From Selaginella moellendorffii (taxonomy: Eukaryota; Plantae; Lycopodiophyta): DNA of 64,000 nucleotides. The stretch lies in NCBI RefSeq assembly GCF_000143415.4, contig NW_003314265.1:2150777-2214776 (forward strand), in the 5' to 3' direction. The notes beneath the pieces are model-generated. The model was not told where the DNA came from and ran no database searches. It worked only from the letters and a program-made list of their open reading frames with translations. Both the position numbers and the translations under genes were made by a program. Position 1 is the stretch's first letter; the number at the start of each line of letters is the position of its first letter. Positions 50,346-62,200 of this stretch are shown here, one piece after another.

Positions 50346-51178
50346 GGCTCTTGGTAGATATTTGTCCCTCACGGGCGACGTGCCTGGTTTTGATGCTCAC
50401 ACAGGCACACCAGCAACGTATCAGATGATCCAAAGTTGTGGCGAAGCATGGAGCCAGCGACACATGGTAGTTGTCAATGCCAGGAATTTGTGGGTTGCCA
50501 CACAAAAGAAAAGATGCTATCATATTCGCCCATAGTTCTCCAAATCTTATTTCATCACAACATTGACACGGTATTGACAAATGCATCCCTCCCACCGAAA
50601 GAGTTAGTGGGCCGCATTACCTGTCAAAAGATCGTCGTACTTTTTATTGCGGCCGTCAGATGTGCCAGGAACGGACGGTGGATCTTATCGACTATGGCCC
50701 GCCTCCAGCTTGGAAGCTCCTTTCAAAATTCCCTCCATATCCATTTAGCCACACGTATAGAAAATTCTGGCCACTCGTTACTGGATGAGGACACACGGAT
50801 GGCGTGGATCGCGGGTGCTATTCCGGAATCTACCAGGCACGCGGACGGCGGCGATGCGTTTGACGGGCGGAATCGTGTGGACGCTTTAAAGGGGGAAACT
50901 GGCCACGACTCATCCACAATCGAAGAACACTCCCTTTCGTCCACGCGAAGGGAAGCGTCTAGACTATTAGGTCAGCTAGCCGCCAAGGAATCGAGCGAGC
51001 GAGCGTGCGATTCTCTGTCCAGGTGCACTCTTCTCTTCCCGGCGGTGTGTAGTTTTCCGAAATTGGTAGCGCATTCATCCATTTCTTGTCGATCGCGGCC
51101 CCAGAGGTTTTCCATTTCATCCTAGATAGGCTTGAATCAGAGGAAATTTCAGCGCGCGGTCTCTCAAATCCTCGGGAA

Positions 51179-52166
51179 ATGGCGCAGGTCTTGCATCCCA
51201 CTGCGAGAATCTTGTCGAGTGAGAACGCGCGGCTTGTGGTAGGGGAATCGTCGGTAGCATCGTCGTCGTCGCATTCGTGCGTGAGATTGGGCGCTGCTCC
51301 ATGGAGTTCGCAGTTTTGGGGGATTTCTCGGCAGCTGGCTGTCAGAAATCGGCAGCAGCAGCGGCAACATTGCTCGAGATTGAGAGCGGGCTCTTCGGGG
51401 ATGTCCAAGGTGAGATTTTTTATCCTCTTTGCGAGGGAATTTTCTAGTTCCTCAAGTATGCGGGTGATTTGTTTGACTTAGAAGTAAATTTTTTTTCTTC
51501 TTTCTCTAACGGTGTGTGTGACGCGGTGATAGGTGTTGAACACGGCACCGTGGTTGAAATGGTGGGATAAGGATGGAGCGCCCAACATGGTGGAAATCCA
51601 CTCCATGCAAGAATTCATTGACGCACTCTCCACTGCCGGGGATAGACTCGTCATTGTGGATTTCTACGCAAGACATTGCAACGGCTGTAGAACGCTCTAT
51701 CCAAAGGTGATTGAATGCTTCTTTTTTTCTTTCCTCTCCAAAAAAAAAAAAAGTTTTTTATTTCTTTCTTGGGACTGATTTTGGGTGAATACGTGCAGCT
51801 GTGTAAGATCGCAAAGGAGCATCCGGAGGTTCTCTTCCTCAAGATTAACTACGATGACAACACGGAGATCTGCAAGGCCTTGAATGTCAAGGTGCTGCCG
51901 CTCTTCTTTGTGTACCGCGCTCAGGGCCACCTCGAGTCATTCTCTTGCACCATCTCAAAGGTGAGAGCTGGATTGAAAATTTCTCTCTAGAGATTTTTGC
52001 CGGACTGACCTGACTGTGACTGTGATTACCTCCGATGCAGATCCAAAGATTGAGAGATGCGATTGCCAAATACACCGACGTGACGCCAGTTGCCAGTGGG
52101 GTGGGAAATCTTCAGCTCGCTGGATCCAAGCAACCAACTGGAGCTGGAGCGTCACTCGCGCTCTAG
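51179..52166 (+). CDS. ACHT: ACHT/Lilium-type atypical plastid thioredoxin (4 exons)
   Basis: Transit-peptide-like exon 1, KWWDKDGAPNMVEIHS, AGDRLVIVDFY..HCNGC..LYPK, LNVKVLPLF, ESFSCTISKIQRLRDAI. Confidence 0.88.
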
Positions 52167-52278
52167 ACTTCTAAATCTCTCTTTTTTCCTCCTCTTTAGA
52201 GTCGAGCCACTTGTACAGAAGAATCAAGTAATTAATTAAAATTGACGTAGTTTGATGTATGCGATCACTTCCAAGGTT

Positions 52279-54246
52279 TCACGCAGCGTACATGTTAGAA
52301 AGCAGTGCGTAAGGCCCAGAATTTGATGGCACAAATCCTTTCTCCAAGACCACCTCTCCTGCCTTGCCAAACTCTCCGTGCGTCTTACACGCATCCACGA
52401 AAGCCGTCCAGGCAATAACGTCGGCCTTGCATGGCATGCTCTTGATCAGCTCCGCCACCTCCGCCAGCCTCCCGGCTCGTCCCAGCACGTCGATCATGCA
52501 GTGGAAGTGCTCCGTCACGGGGGCGATGCCAAAGTCCGCTACCATCATCGCGAAGTAGTCGCAAGCGTCGCCCAAGAGCCCGGCGTGGTTGCAGCTCGAG
52601 AGAACGCTGGTGAAGCAGCCTTCGTTGGGCGGTACTGCCCCGTCCACCGCCATAGCCCGGAAGAGCTCGATCGCTCGCTGGGTATTCCCCGAGTGGGCAT
52701 ACGCGCCGATGATCGTGTTCCAGGAGATGACGTTCCTCCTGGAGCCGAGCTTGGCGAACGCGGCCATGGCGGCACCGAGGTTGCCACACTTCCCGTGCAT
52801 GTTGATGATCGCGTTTCCGATAACCGGGTCTCTGGCGAGTTCGACGTTGATCAAGCTGGAGTAGTCCCTGACGTTGGTGTGAATTGCCTCGGCGTCTGCT
52901 GCTACGGCAGATCCCGCGCAGGCGTCGATCGCTCCCAGGAGCGTCACCTCGTTTGGTTTCACTCCTTCGTGGATCATCTGGCGGTACGAAGCGAGAGCTT
53001 CCTTGCACCGGTGGTTTTGGCTGTAGGCCGAGATGAGCCCGCTCCAAGAGACAACGTTTTTCTCTGGCATATTGCGAAAGACCTCTCTAGCGACCTCCAC
53101 GCACCCGCATTTGCCATACATGTTGAGAAGAGCGTTTCCGATTCTTACGTCGGATTGGAAGCCGCAGAAGCGGACGCTCGAGTGGACGAGCTCGGCGATA
53201 GCGAGGCTGCCGAGCTTGGAGCACGCGTCGATCGCCGCGATGAAGGTGATCTCGTTCGGCTGCACGCCCTCTAGATCCATCAGCGAGAAGGTTTCCATGG
53301 CGGCTTTCTCCATCTCGTTCTGAGCAAGCGCGGCAACCATTGTGTTCCACGAGATCACGTCTCTGGCGGGCATCTTGCCGAAGAGGTCTACGGCTCTGGC
53401 GATGTGCCCGTTTTGAGCATACGCTGCCATCATCGCGTTCCACAGCGTGACACCTTGTTCTTTGTCTGATTGATCACAGTGTTTTGAGAGAAAGTAGCTG
53501 TCGAAAACACTCTTAGCGTCTTCCACAGCGCCGCACTTGCCATACAGGTTGACGAGCGCGGTTCGCACGACCAAGTTCATCGCAAAATCATGCTCATGCC
53601 CGTCGAGTAGACAAGAGTGGATGATCCGTCCGAGATCCAGCGCCAAAACGCTTGCACAAGCGTCGAGGATGATCACATACATAACCCGGTCGGGTTGGAC
53701 GCCCTCGAGATCCATCCGCCGGAACATCAAAATGGCCTCTACAAAATACCCAGCCATGGCATATGCCGAAACCATGAGCGTCCACGACACAACGTCCGGC
53801 ACTGGTATCCGATCGAAGCACTCTCTCGCCTCACGCAACAAGCCACCCTTCGCGTAAGCTCCAAGCATCTCATTCCATGACACTGTGTCTCTCTCGGGCA
53901 TCTGCTCAAAGACCGCCCGCGCGAGATCGTAATGCCCGTTGTGGGCATACGCCGCGAGCATGATGTTCCAGGAGAAGACATTGCGGCGCTTGATGCCGCG
54001 GAAGACCGTACGCGCCTCGCCGACGCTGCGGCACCTGCCGTACATCTGGACGAGGAGGTTGCAGAGGTAGCGGTCGGTGGCGTGGCCGGTGGCGGCGATC
54101 CGCGCGTGGAGGCGCCGCCCCTGCTCCAGCGCTTGCGCGCGCCCGCATTGCTGGAGGAGCGACGCGTACGCCGCCGGCGTGCACGACGAGCTGGGGCAAA
54201 AGTCCAGGCGATCGATCGCCTCGCTCAGCCGATCCAGCGATGCCAA
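52279..54246 (-). CDS. PLS-class PPR protein with E domain
   Basis: PLS repeats, SCNHAGL, HFHCMIDVLGRAG, YALLSNMYAA. The frame begins at TTG; first ATG is at 54045. Confidence 0.9.
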   Translation of the reverse strand: MASLDRLSEAIDRLDFCPSSSCTPAAYASLLQQCGRAQALEQGRRLHARIAATGHATDRYLCNLLVQMYGRCRSVGEARTVFRGIKRRNVFSWNIMLAAYAHNGHYDLARAVFEQMPERDTVSWNEMLGAYAKGGLLREARECFDRIPVPDVVSWTLMVSAYAMAGYFVEAILMFRRMDLEGVQPDRVMYVIILDACASVLALDLGRIIHSCLLDGHEHDFAMNLVVRTALVNLYGKCGAVEDAKSVFDSYFLSKHCDQSDKEQGVTLWNAMMAAYAQNGHIARAVDLFGKMPARDVISWNTMVAALAQNEMEKAAMETFSLMDLEGVQPNEITFIAAIDACSKLGSLAIAELVHSSVRFCGFQSDVRIGNALLNMYGKCGCVEVAREVFRNMPEKNVVSWSGLISAYSQNHRCKEALASYRQMIHEGVKPNEVTLLGAIDACAGSAVAADAEAIHTNVRDYSSLINVELARDPVIGNAIINMHGKCGNLGAAMAAFAKLGSRRNVISWNTIIGAYAHSGNTQRAIELFRAMAVDGAVPPNEGCFTSVLSSCNHAGLLGDACDYFAMMVADFGIAPVTEHFHCMIDVLGRAGRLAEVAELIKSMPCKADVIAWTAFVDACKTHGEFGKAGEVVLEKGFVPSNSGPYALLSNMYAA

Positions 54247-54453
54247 AAGTCAAACCCGCTCGATTCGATTTGCCGCGAGAAATTGTGGCGAAAAATCAAA
54301 TTGCCGCGAACAGTCAAACTTAAGAAATCTGCCGGAAGAAACTAGTGGAAGCTGATCGATTAGCGAAAGCTTGTGAAGTTACTAAGAACGAGACCTTTGG
54401 GTTAAACGGGATTAAATCGATCGTCCTTGAGATAAAAGGGCAAAAGAGAGATT

Positions 54454-54538
54454 TGGGGTGAGAGAGGCTCGAACTCTCGACCTCAAGATAACTCAGAAGC
54501 TATGAGACCTACGCGCTGACCAACTGCGCCACCACCCC
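54454..54538 (-). tRNA. trnM: Elongator tRNA-Met(CAT) with 11-nt intron (54490-54500)
   Basis: GGGGTGGTGGCGCAGTTGGTCAGCGCGTAGGTCTCATA[gcttctgagtt]ATCTTGAGGTCGAGAGTTCGAGCCTCTCTCACCCCA. Confidence 0.95.
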
Positions 54539-54592
54539 TGATGGAAGTAACGGTTTTAGCGAGTGATTTTACCCATCGAGCGTAACATTGCG

Positions 54593-56100
54593 ATGAAAGG
54601 GACGACGATGAAGGTAGGCTAGCCTAGCATCTCGCGCTCTTTTTCTTGTTTATCTTGCGCTTACTCCCACTCCCAGTCCAGAGTGTGATGTGGTCCGAGC
54701 CAGAGCTGGCCGGATACCTGGACAAGCGCGGCAGGAGATCCGATTCGTGGAAGAGGCGCCTCTTCTTGCTCCAGGGCCATGCCCTATTCTATTTCGTCAA
54801 CGAATGCCAGGTTTCTACACAAGGCTTCTTCGTTTCCTTTCTTTAGTTTTCTCTCTTTACAGGTGCGCACGGGTTTGCCTTCAGCTGTTATTCCGATGGA
54901 AGGAAGCAAAGTCGAAGTTTCAGGACGATCGAGGGAGTCGAGCAATGGATTCGTCTTCCATTTGTTTCTCGGCGCGCAGTACGCCGGGCTTGCGAGGCGC
55001 AGCGCTTACGTCCTTGCGGCAGACTCCCACGAAGCATTGGTGTGTTCTCCCCGCGCATATAAAAGGTCCACTGCTTATATCACCATCTTCTCGCATCGCG
55101 GTTTTTGTAAAACGTCGTCGAAAATGTGCACAGGCGGCCTGGATCCGGATGATGAAAATCGCGTCATACTCTCGAGAAAGCCTCAATGGTGAGCCAAAGT
55201 TTTAGAGGATCTTATACTCTCGCCAACAATTCTCTTGCGACATCTATAGGCAAGCTATGGAAGTCGAGATCACGATATGCAGAGATCAAGCATGATTTAT
55301 CCGAGTCGCCATCGGACAAGGAGCTGCTCGAGTCGAAAGCGGGGCTCGAGACGCAAGGGCTGCAGGTTCCATTTCTCGTTGATTGATCACTAGAGACATC
55401 AAGACGTGATTTTTTCTTGCGGGACAGAGGGAGCTACGGCGATGCATGAAAGAGAGGGAAGAAGTCGCAAGGGAAGTGGAAGAAGCCACTCTAGAAGCGG
55501 ATAGGCGTGAAGCAGCAGTTTCTCATGCCGCAGCGTCGTGGGACTTGATGCAAATTCGCGCATCAAGCAAAGGTTTGTTCATTTTACATTTTTTCTCTTC
55601 GTCTCCATCTCAGTTGAGCCATCTAAATGTTTGAGCACGTAGGTGGTCGTGGCAGCTCCTTCTCGGATCTGGAGCATGAGCTGCAAAGTATCGAGAAGCT
55701 ATACAAGCTCTTGCAAGCTAAAGGCAATCTGTACCAGGGTCTAGGCACTGAAAGTGTAAGGCTTTTGTCTTTGTCAAAACTGGCTTTTCGAATGCATTCT
55801 TTGCAGCTCCGGGGTGACGCTCAGATCCATCTACAAAAGCTACTAAAACATGCTGTGCTTTTGATCCAAGATCGTCACTCTCAGGTAGAACTTGTCCTTG
55901 AGAACGCTATCCTTTTTCCTCTCGTCTTGGAAGCTAACGAGCTCGTCTCGCAGATCCGTGCTGGAGCTCCCAGGTTCTCTTTCCACATTGATCCGAAAAT
56001 CTACGACCAAGAAACTTTCAATGCGAATGGAAGTCACGAAGGAAGACGAACGACGCGAGGAGCGCAAAGGATGCGAGTAGCAAGAGCTAAAGCCTCGTAG
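54593..56100 (+). CDS. PH-domain plus coiled-coil protein (multi-exon)
   Basis: GYLDKRGRRSDSWKRRLFLLQGHALFYF, YVLAADSHEAL|AAWIRMMK, then heptad-rich exons. Confidence 0.75.
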
Positions 56101-56210
56101 GGAATGGACGAAGAACAGCCATGGCTCTTCACGCTTTTACGAGAGTAGCTCTCTGCAAGACGGGAGTGATCACGTTTTAAAATTGTCCGCATTGTTGTAT
56201 GATCGAGATT

Positions 56211-56218
56211 TAGGGTTT
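56211..56218 (-). promoter_or_regulatory. Telo-box (AAACCCTA) just upstream of the GCN1 ATG
   Basis: TAGGGTTT ending 16 nt before ATG 56235. Telo-boxes are typical of plant translation-machinery genes. Confidence 0.45.
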
Positions 56219-56234
56219 AGAGTGTTCCTCCGCC

Positions 56235-59200
56235 ATGGGCGATCTAGCGCTCGTCGCGGCGAGGCTTAGCTCGCCGTCCACCAAGGAGCGCGTCTCCCTC
56301 TTCCGCGCGAGCTTGTCATCGTTGCTCGATTTGCCAGGTGATGGATTTCTAGCTCTAGGTTTCGATTCCGGCAATGCTGACGCCCCTTCCAGATGAGCAC
56401 GCGGTGGATCACGTCCCCGAGCTGGTTGCGATTGTTCTCGCGACGCTGCATCTCTACGATGATCGCGCCTCGCAGCTGGCAGTGGACTCGGTGATAATCA
56501 AGGCGCTCAAGCTGCCAGCTTTCGTCAAGGCTTTCACTGGCGCGCTTGTCCAGGCGGCCGAGAGGAACGCCAAAGTGTGTACCGCCTCCACGCAGCTCAA
56601 GCTCCTGCGATGGACGTGCTTTCTCGTGAGTTTTGCTCCCGCGGTTGTGTCCGCCAGGAATGCGTTCTCCAGGATTGCTGCGGTCCAGTCTTCGCTGCTC
56701 TTGGCACTCTCGCAGGCACGGTATCGTCTAAGGCTAGCTTCCAAGGCTTTGCTGCTTCGCTCACTGATCCAGGTATGGAGGTTTTCTTTCTCTTCCCTGG
56801 GATTTATGAAAGTTTCAATGCTGAAGGTGAATGGCTTGTACGAGAACTACGTCTCTGAGCTTGAGGCCTCGCCCTCGGAGAGAAGCGGGCTCATTTCTGT
56901 GCTTCTGGAGTTCGCTGCAAGGGATCCAGCTCTTCTTTCGGTGAAGAAGGTAAGAAGTTTATTTGCAGAGCTCTTGGCAGTGAAATGTGTTATCTTGTCA
57001 GGCCTTTTTTGTCGATCTTTACGTGAAGTTGGTACTTGGATCGCGAGAGAAGCCTTCGAAGGCGATCAGCGAAGCGTTTGAGCCACTTTTCAAGCACCTG
57101 TCGCATGATCAATTCGGGGGAGTGGTCGTGCCGGCTGCAGTAAGGATGCTCAAGAGGAGCCCTGAGATTGTTCTGGAGGCCGTTGGAGTTCTTTTGAAGC
57201 AGACACCGCTGGATTTGAGCAGATACACAGGCGAGTTTCTACCCGTGGTTTTGCTCCAATGTCGACATAACGACGAGGGAAGGCGAAGGGAAGCGCTGCA
57301 AACTCTCAGCTGGATTGCACAAAAGTCGGGTGACACAGACTCGCTGTTAACAATGGTCCAAGCCATCAAGTCCATACTGGGAGGTTAGTTGTGTCTAAGA
57401 GCATTGCTAACTCACGGCTAACTAGCTCTTGTGCCAGGCTCTGAGGGTAAACTGACGTTCGTCTACCAAAGGCTGGGGTTGATCTATGCGTTGCGCGCCA
57501 TTTGTGACGCTGGACAAGGCAAAGCGGTTATTCACGCTGCAGGTGTTATCAGCCCGCTGCTTATTTCTCTGTACAAAGACGATGGTAAGTCCTGGTGCTG
57601 CCTTTGATATTTTTGCTGCTTACATGTGTGGGACAGGAAACGAGGAAGTCCGAGTGGCCATTCTATCGTCACTAAGTTCATCGCTTGGAAAAGCCGAGCG
57701 TAACTTGCCAGCTGAGTGCTCAAGTTTTTTCTCGGCTGGACTTAAAGAGAAAGAAACTATGAGAAGAGCACACTTGCGTTGTCTTCGCCAGGCATTTTTC
57801 AATGAAGAACTTCCGATTCTTGTGGGTTTGAAGCTTGTAAGGCGTTCTGTTCTGAAACAGCTTTTTTGCAGGCGTTCCCGCTAGTTGATCAGCTGATCCA
57901 ACTAGCCAAAACTGGCATAGCAAAACCTGCACAAAGAATAGACGGGATTTATGCTCTTCTTTTGCTACTCAAGATTGCATCCATCGACAGCAGAGCTGGT
58001 GAGCGATTCAAACAACATTTTGAGCCAATAAACATCCTTCTTTGTATTCTTGTAGATGACAAGCTGCTCAAGGAAAAGATCATTTCGTCAATAACGATTC
58101 CCGAATCTACGTTTTTCTCGACAGTTGTATGACTTTTTCGTTGCCTCGTTTGGTTTGGTTTGATCTAACCACGTATGAACAGAATTTGAAAATGCAAACG
58201 GAGGACTGCAGTGCTTTGATAGAACTTCTTGAAGATTTTTCAAATTATCAGCTCTCCAGGTAGGCACAAATCGTATCTTTGCACAATATCAAAATTTACG
58301 TGGGTTGCAGAGGAAGTAACGAGGGGCTAACTGAACGTTCCAAGGTAATAAACTCAATCATGTGCCAACAATTGCTAATGATTTTCTTGCTGTAGAGCCT
58401 CGTAAGCTTTCTTTGGCACCAGTCATGGGATGTAAGAAGAGCTGCAGCAGCTGCTGTCGGGCGTCTACAAGTAGCGTCTTTAGCATATGCGAAGGAGCTT
58501 TTCGAGTCCTTTTTGAATTGGCTTCCCACTTTACATGACCAGCTTCATTCGCAAATGCGGTAAATCTCACTCCTATGTTTTGAAGCTTGTATTTTTCTAA
58601 TGCTCAGATGTGCAGTGGAATCGAGAATGATAGTTCGCCTTTAGAGGTTCCTTCATCAGATATTCTTTCTAAAGCACTACTATCACTAGGATGTACATCA
58701 CTAGTGCGGGATCCCTCGTATTGTACGCATTTCCTAATAGCTTTTCACCACGACTGTATCTTGCGTGGTCAAAAGTATAATCCATATTGGAAGGTAAGCA
58801 ACCTTTTCCTGTGGCACATGCATCTGACTTCTTTGCCAGGACTTTGCAAGACGCATAAGTAAACAAGACGGGGAACGTTCCCTTCGTGCCGTCCTAAGAT
58901 CTGATCCCGGTGCTGTCTGGAAGGTTATTATTTGAATTTTTTGATGCTGGATACACTTGTTCATGCTGCAGGTCCTGGCCGGGGCGAACGGGTTGACCAG
59001 TGAACAACCGGCCATTTCAAAGGCAGCAATTGTTGCGCTTGGTTTAGTCATACAAATGATACCTGATGAAATGTTCAATCATTTTATCCATGTAGGTTCT
59101 CTTCTTCTTATTGGAATTACGTACTTACTTCCTTGCAGGGTGTAAAGGATCTAGCGGATTGGAGCTCTCACAATGGTCTCAATGCCAGCGATATCAAGGT

Positions 59201-62200
59201 GGATATTACTCACGTATTAATTTAATTTCGAACCTTCCTTGGCAGATATTCAACACTCCTGAAGGTGTTCTGTCTACTGAAGGCGGGGTGTATGTTGCGG
59301 AAGTGGTGGTGGATAAAAATGTCAAGCAGGCAAAAGGTCGATTCAAAATGTATAATGAATCCGGAAATGGAAAGGTACTAGGCTGTTTTTGACATTATGG
59401 TGGCTAACGAAATTTGCTGTAGGACACAATGGCGAAGTCTGCTTCCCGGCCGTCTGCGCCTAGAGACGTGAGTAAAGCTTCTAAAAAGACTGGTACTTTT
59501 CTTGTTTTGTCAATATGTTCCATTTGTGATGGCTTTTTTTTTTCAGGTGAATCGAAACCAACTAAAGAAGAAGCAAGAGATTATCTTTTAAAAGAAGAGG
59601 CTATTGTTCGTTCCAGAGTATTGCATCTAAGGACGCGGTTCACTGTGGTTCTAAGAGCTATTGCAGCTGTTGCGGATGCCAATTTATGTTTTGTGCATGA
59701 TCATCTTCCTGCTTTGGTAAGCTATATACATTATTGCAGTTTTCACTCATATTTGACGAATGACCAGATCCCACTTGTCCTTCCGCTTCTGAAGTCGCCA
59801 ATTGTTAGCGATGAAGCGTTCCATACGATGGTCAAATTAACGGGATCGGTGACTCCAGCACTCAGATACCTGGCAACTGATATTGCAGCTGCTATGAAAA
59901 TATTGGTGTCGTCGTTTTCTCTACAAATTTACTTGGATGAGGAGAAAGGCGTTGTTCGGAGAGTGATCACGGGAATTGTGAGCGCTTGCGTGCGTGAACC
60001 ATTCCCCGCGGAGTCATTCACTCTAGTTTTTCCGGTATGATTTCTCTGCGTTTAATTCGTCTTTGTTCTAAACTTTTAGTTTTTACAGATTGTTGAGCAA
60101 GTCCTGCTCCAAACCAAGAAAACTAAATTTCATGACGGCCTACTTCGTGTCTTGTCAATCCATTGCTCTCCTCAAATGCATGTACCGCGCTCAAAAATGA
60201 TTTCGGTATGCAGTTGTTTTCTGTGCTCATAAACAAATTCTGGGTGGCTGTTCAGGTGCTGTATCATGTGCTTGGTTTATTTCCAAGTTATCAAGCTGTA
60301 ATTCTCCCAATTTTGAATGAGTTGTCCCGCGGTATCAGTCCAGTAGATTTGCCAGAGGTACTTTTAAAGTTCGTCTGTTTAGACATCTTAATTTATGGAT
60401 TTGCAGACTCTCGCTGGTGTTTATTCCAAGTACGCGCATGTACGAGTTGCGTGCTTAAGCTCGACCAGATCGGTACCTGTATTTGCTAAAGGTGCAGTGC
60501 CTCACAACGCCGTTGTAGCAAGTGCACTGTGGATTGCATTATACGATCCTGAAAAGGTATGGTGCTTGTTGTTTCTTTCCCAACAAATGTGTTAGGAATT
60601 GTTTAGGTGGTAGCAGACATTGCAGAGGATATCTGGGACCTTTATGGGCATGATCTTGGAAATGATTATGCCGCAGGCATACTGGGAGCCTTGTCGCATG
60701 TGAACTTAAATGTTCGTCAAGCGGCTGCCACTGCGTTAGCTGCAGCCATGGAGGAGTATCCAAGCAGTACACAAGTAACCTTTTTGTATATTGTTTTTAT
60801 CGCATGCTTACGTTGGTGTCAGGAAACACTATCGGCTTTGTTTACCCTCTATTCGAGGGATCTTCCTAGTGAAGGGAATCAGGTTGATCCTGGTTGGCCT
60901 GGAAGACAAGGTGTAGCGTTGGCCCTCGAAGCAGCTGCAGACATACTTACTGCCAAAGACTTACCAGTTCTATCAACTTTTCTTATTTCTCGAGCCTTGG
61001 TACGTCTCTGTGCTGAATAAGCAAGTAAAATGTATCGGTTTACTTCCTACAGGCAGATACGAACTCTGACGTCCGGTCTAAGATGGTGGAAGCTGGCGTA
61101 GCAATAATCGATAGACACGGAAAAGATAGCATTGCGGTTCTCCTCCCTATATTCGAAAACTATTTAAGTAGAAAGGTACGTGCTTCAAATCTTTTTACAG
61201 TTTTGTCTGTAATTACTCTGACTACGCAGGCAGTTGACGAAGAACGCTATGATTTAGTTCGGGAAGGTGTCGTGGTGTTCATGGGGGCTTTGGCCAAACA
61301 TCTCTCTCAGGTATAATTTTCGTTTCTTTGCTACCTATAACGAAATGTCCACCAGGATGATCCAAAAATACTTGTCATTCTAGAAAGACTGCTTGAAATG
61401 CTGAAAACTCCTTCAGAATCAGTTCAACGTGCTGTGTCAAACTGCCTAGCTCCATTAATGCTGATCCACCAGGTATTTCACTTGAGTTTTTGGATAATTC
61501 AGCAACTTGATAATCAGGTGGATTCTGAGAAACTTGCAAAAAACTTGCTTGAACAACTTGTGCAATCGGAAAAATATGGAGAGCGCTACGGAGCTGCATT
61601 TGGATTGGCCGGGGTAGTAAAGGGGAAGGGGCTGTCTTGCCTGAAGAAGTTCGGTGTAATGCATGTCTTGATAACTAGCATTGAGGACAGGTGAGTCGTT
61701 TTGCTTGCGTTATCGAGTTTTACGTTGAAATGGTGCAGAGACTCCGCAAAAGCTCGTGAGGGCGCATTGCTAGGCTTCGAATGCCTCTCCGAGAAACTTG
61801 GACGTCTTTTTGAACCGTAAGGATTTATTATACTAGCATTTCATCTGTTTAACATTTTGCTGCAGGTACGTAATACGAATCCTACCAGAGCTGCTTGTGT
61901 GTTTCTCCGACTCCGTTTCAGCAGTACGCGACGCGGCTGATCTAACTGCTCGGACTATTATGTCGCAACTTACCGGTCAAGGTGTTAAACTTGTTTTACC
62001 GGCTCTTTTGAAGGTGAAAATTTCATTGAACTGGAATTGCTTTCTTACTTCGTGTATTCATCTGAATATAGGGGCTAGAAGATCGAGCATGGCGCACAAA
62101 GCAGGGAAGTGTTCAACTGCTTGGGGCTATGGCTTTTTGTGCTCCTCGGCAGCTCTCGCAATGCTTGCCAACAATTGTCCCGAAGCTTAGTGAGGTAAAC

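Noticed and set aside
50436-51125. 229-aa ORF between PPR and ACHT
   Set aside because: Non-ATG start and no recognisable domain.
47220-54355. Many long antisense or alternate-frame ORFs over GALAK and the PPR genes
   Set aside because: Expected in GC-rich coding DNA; no recognisable motifs.
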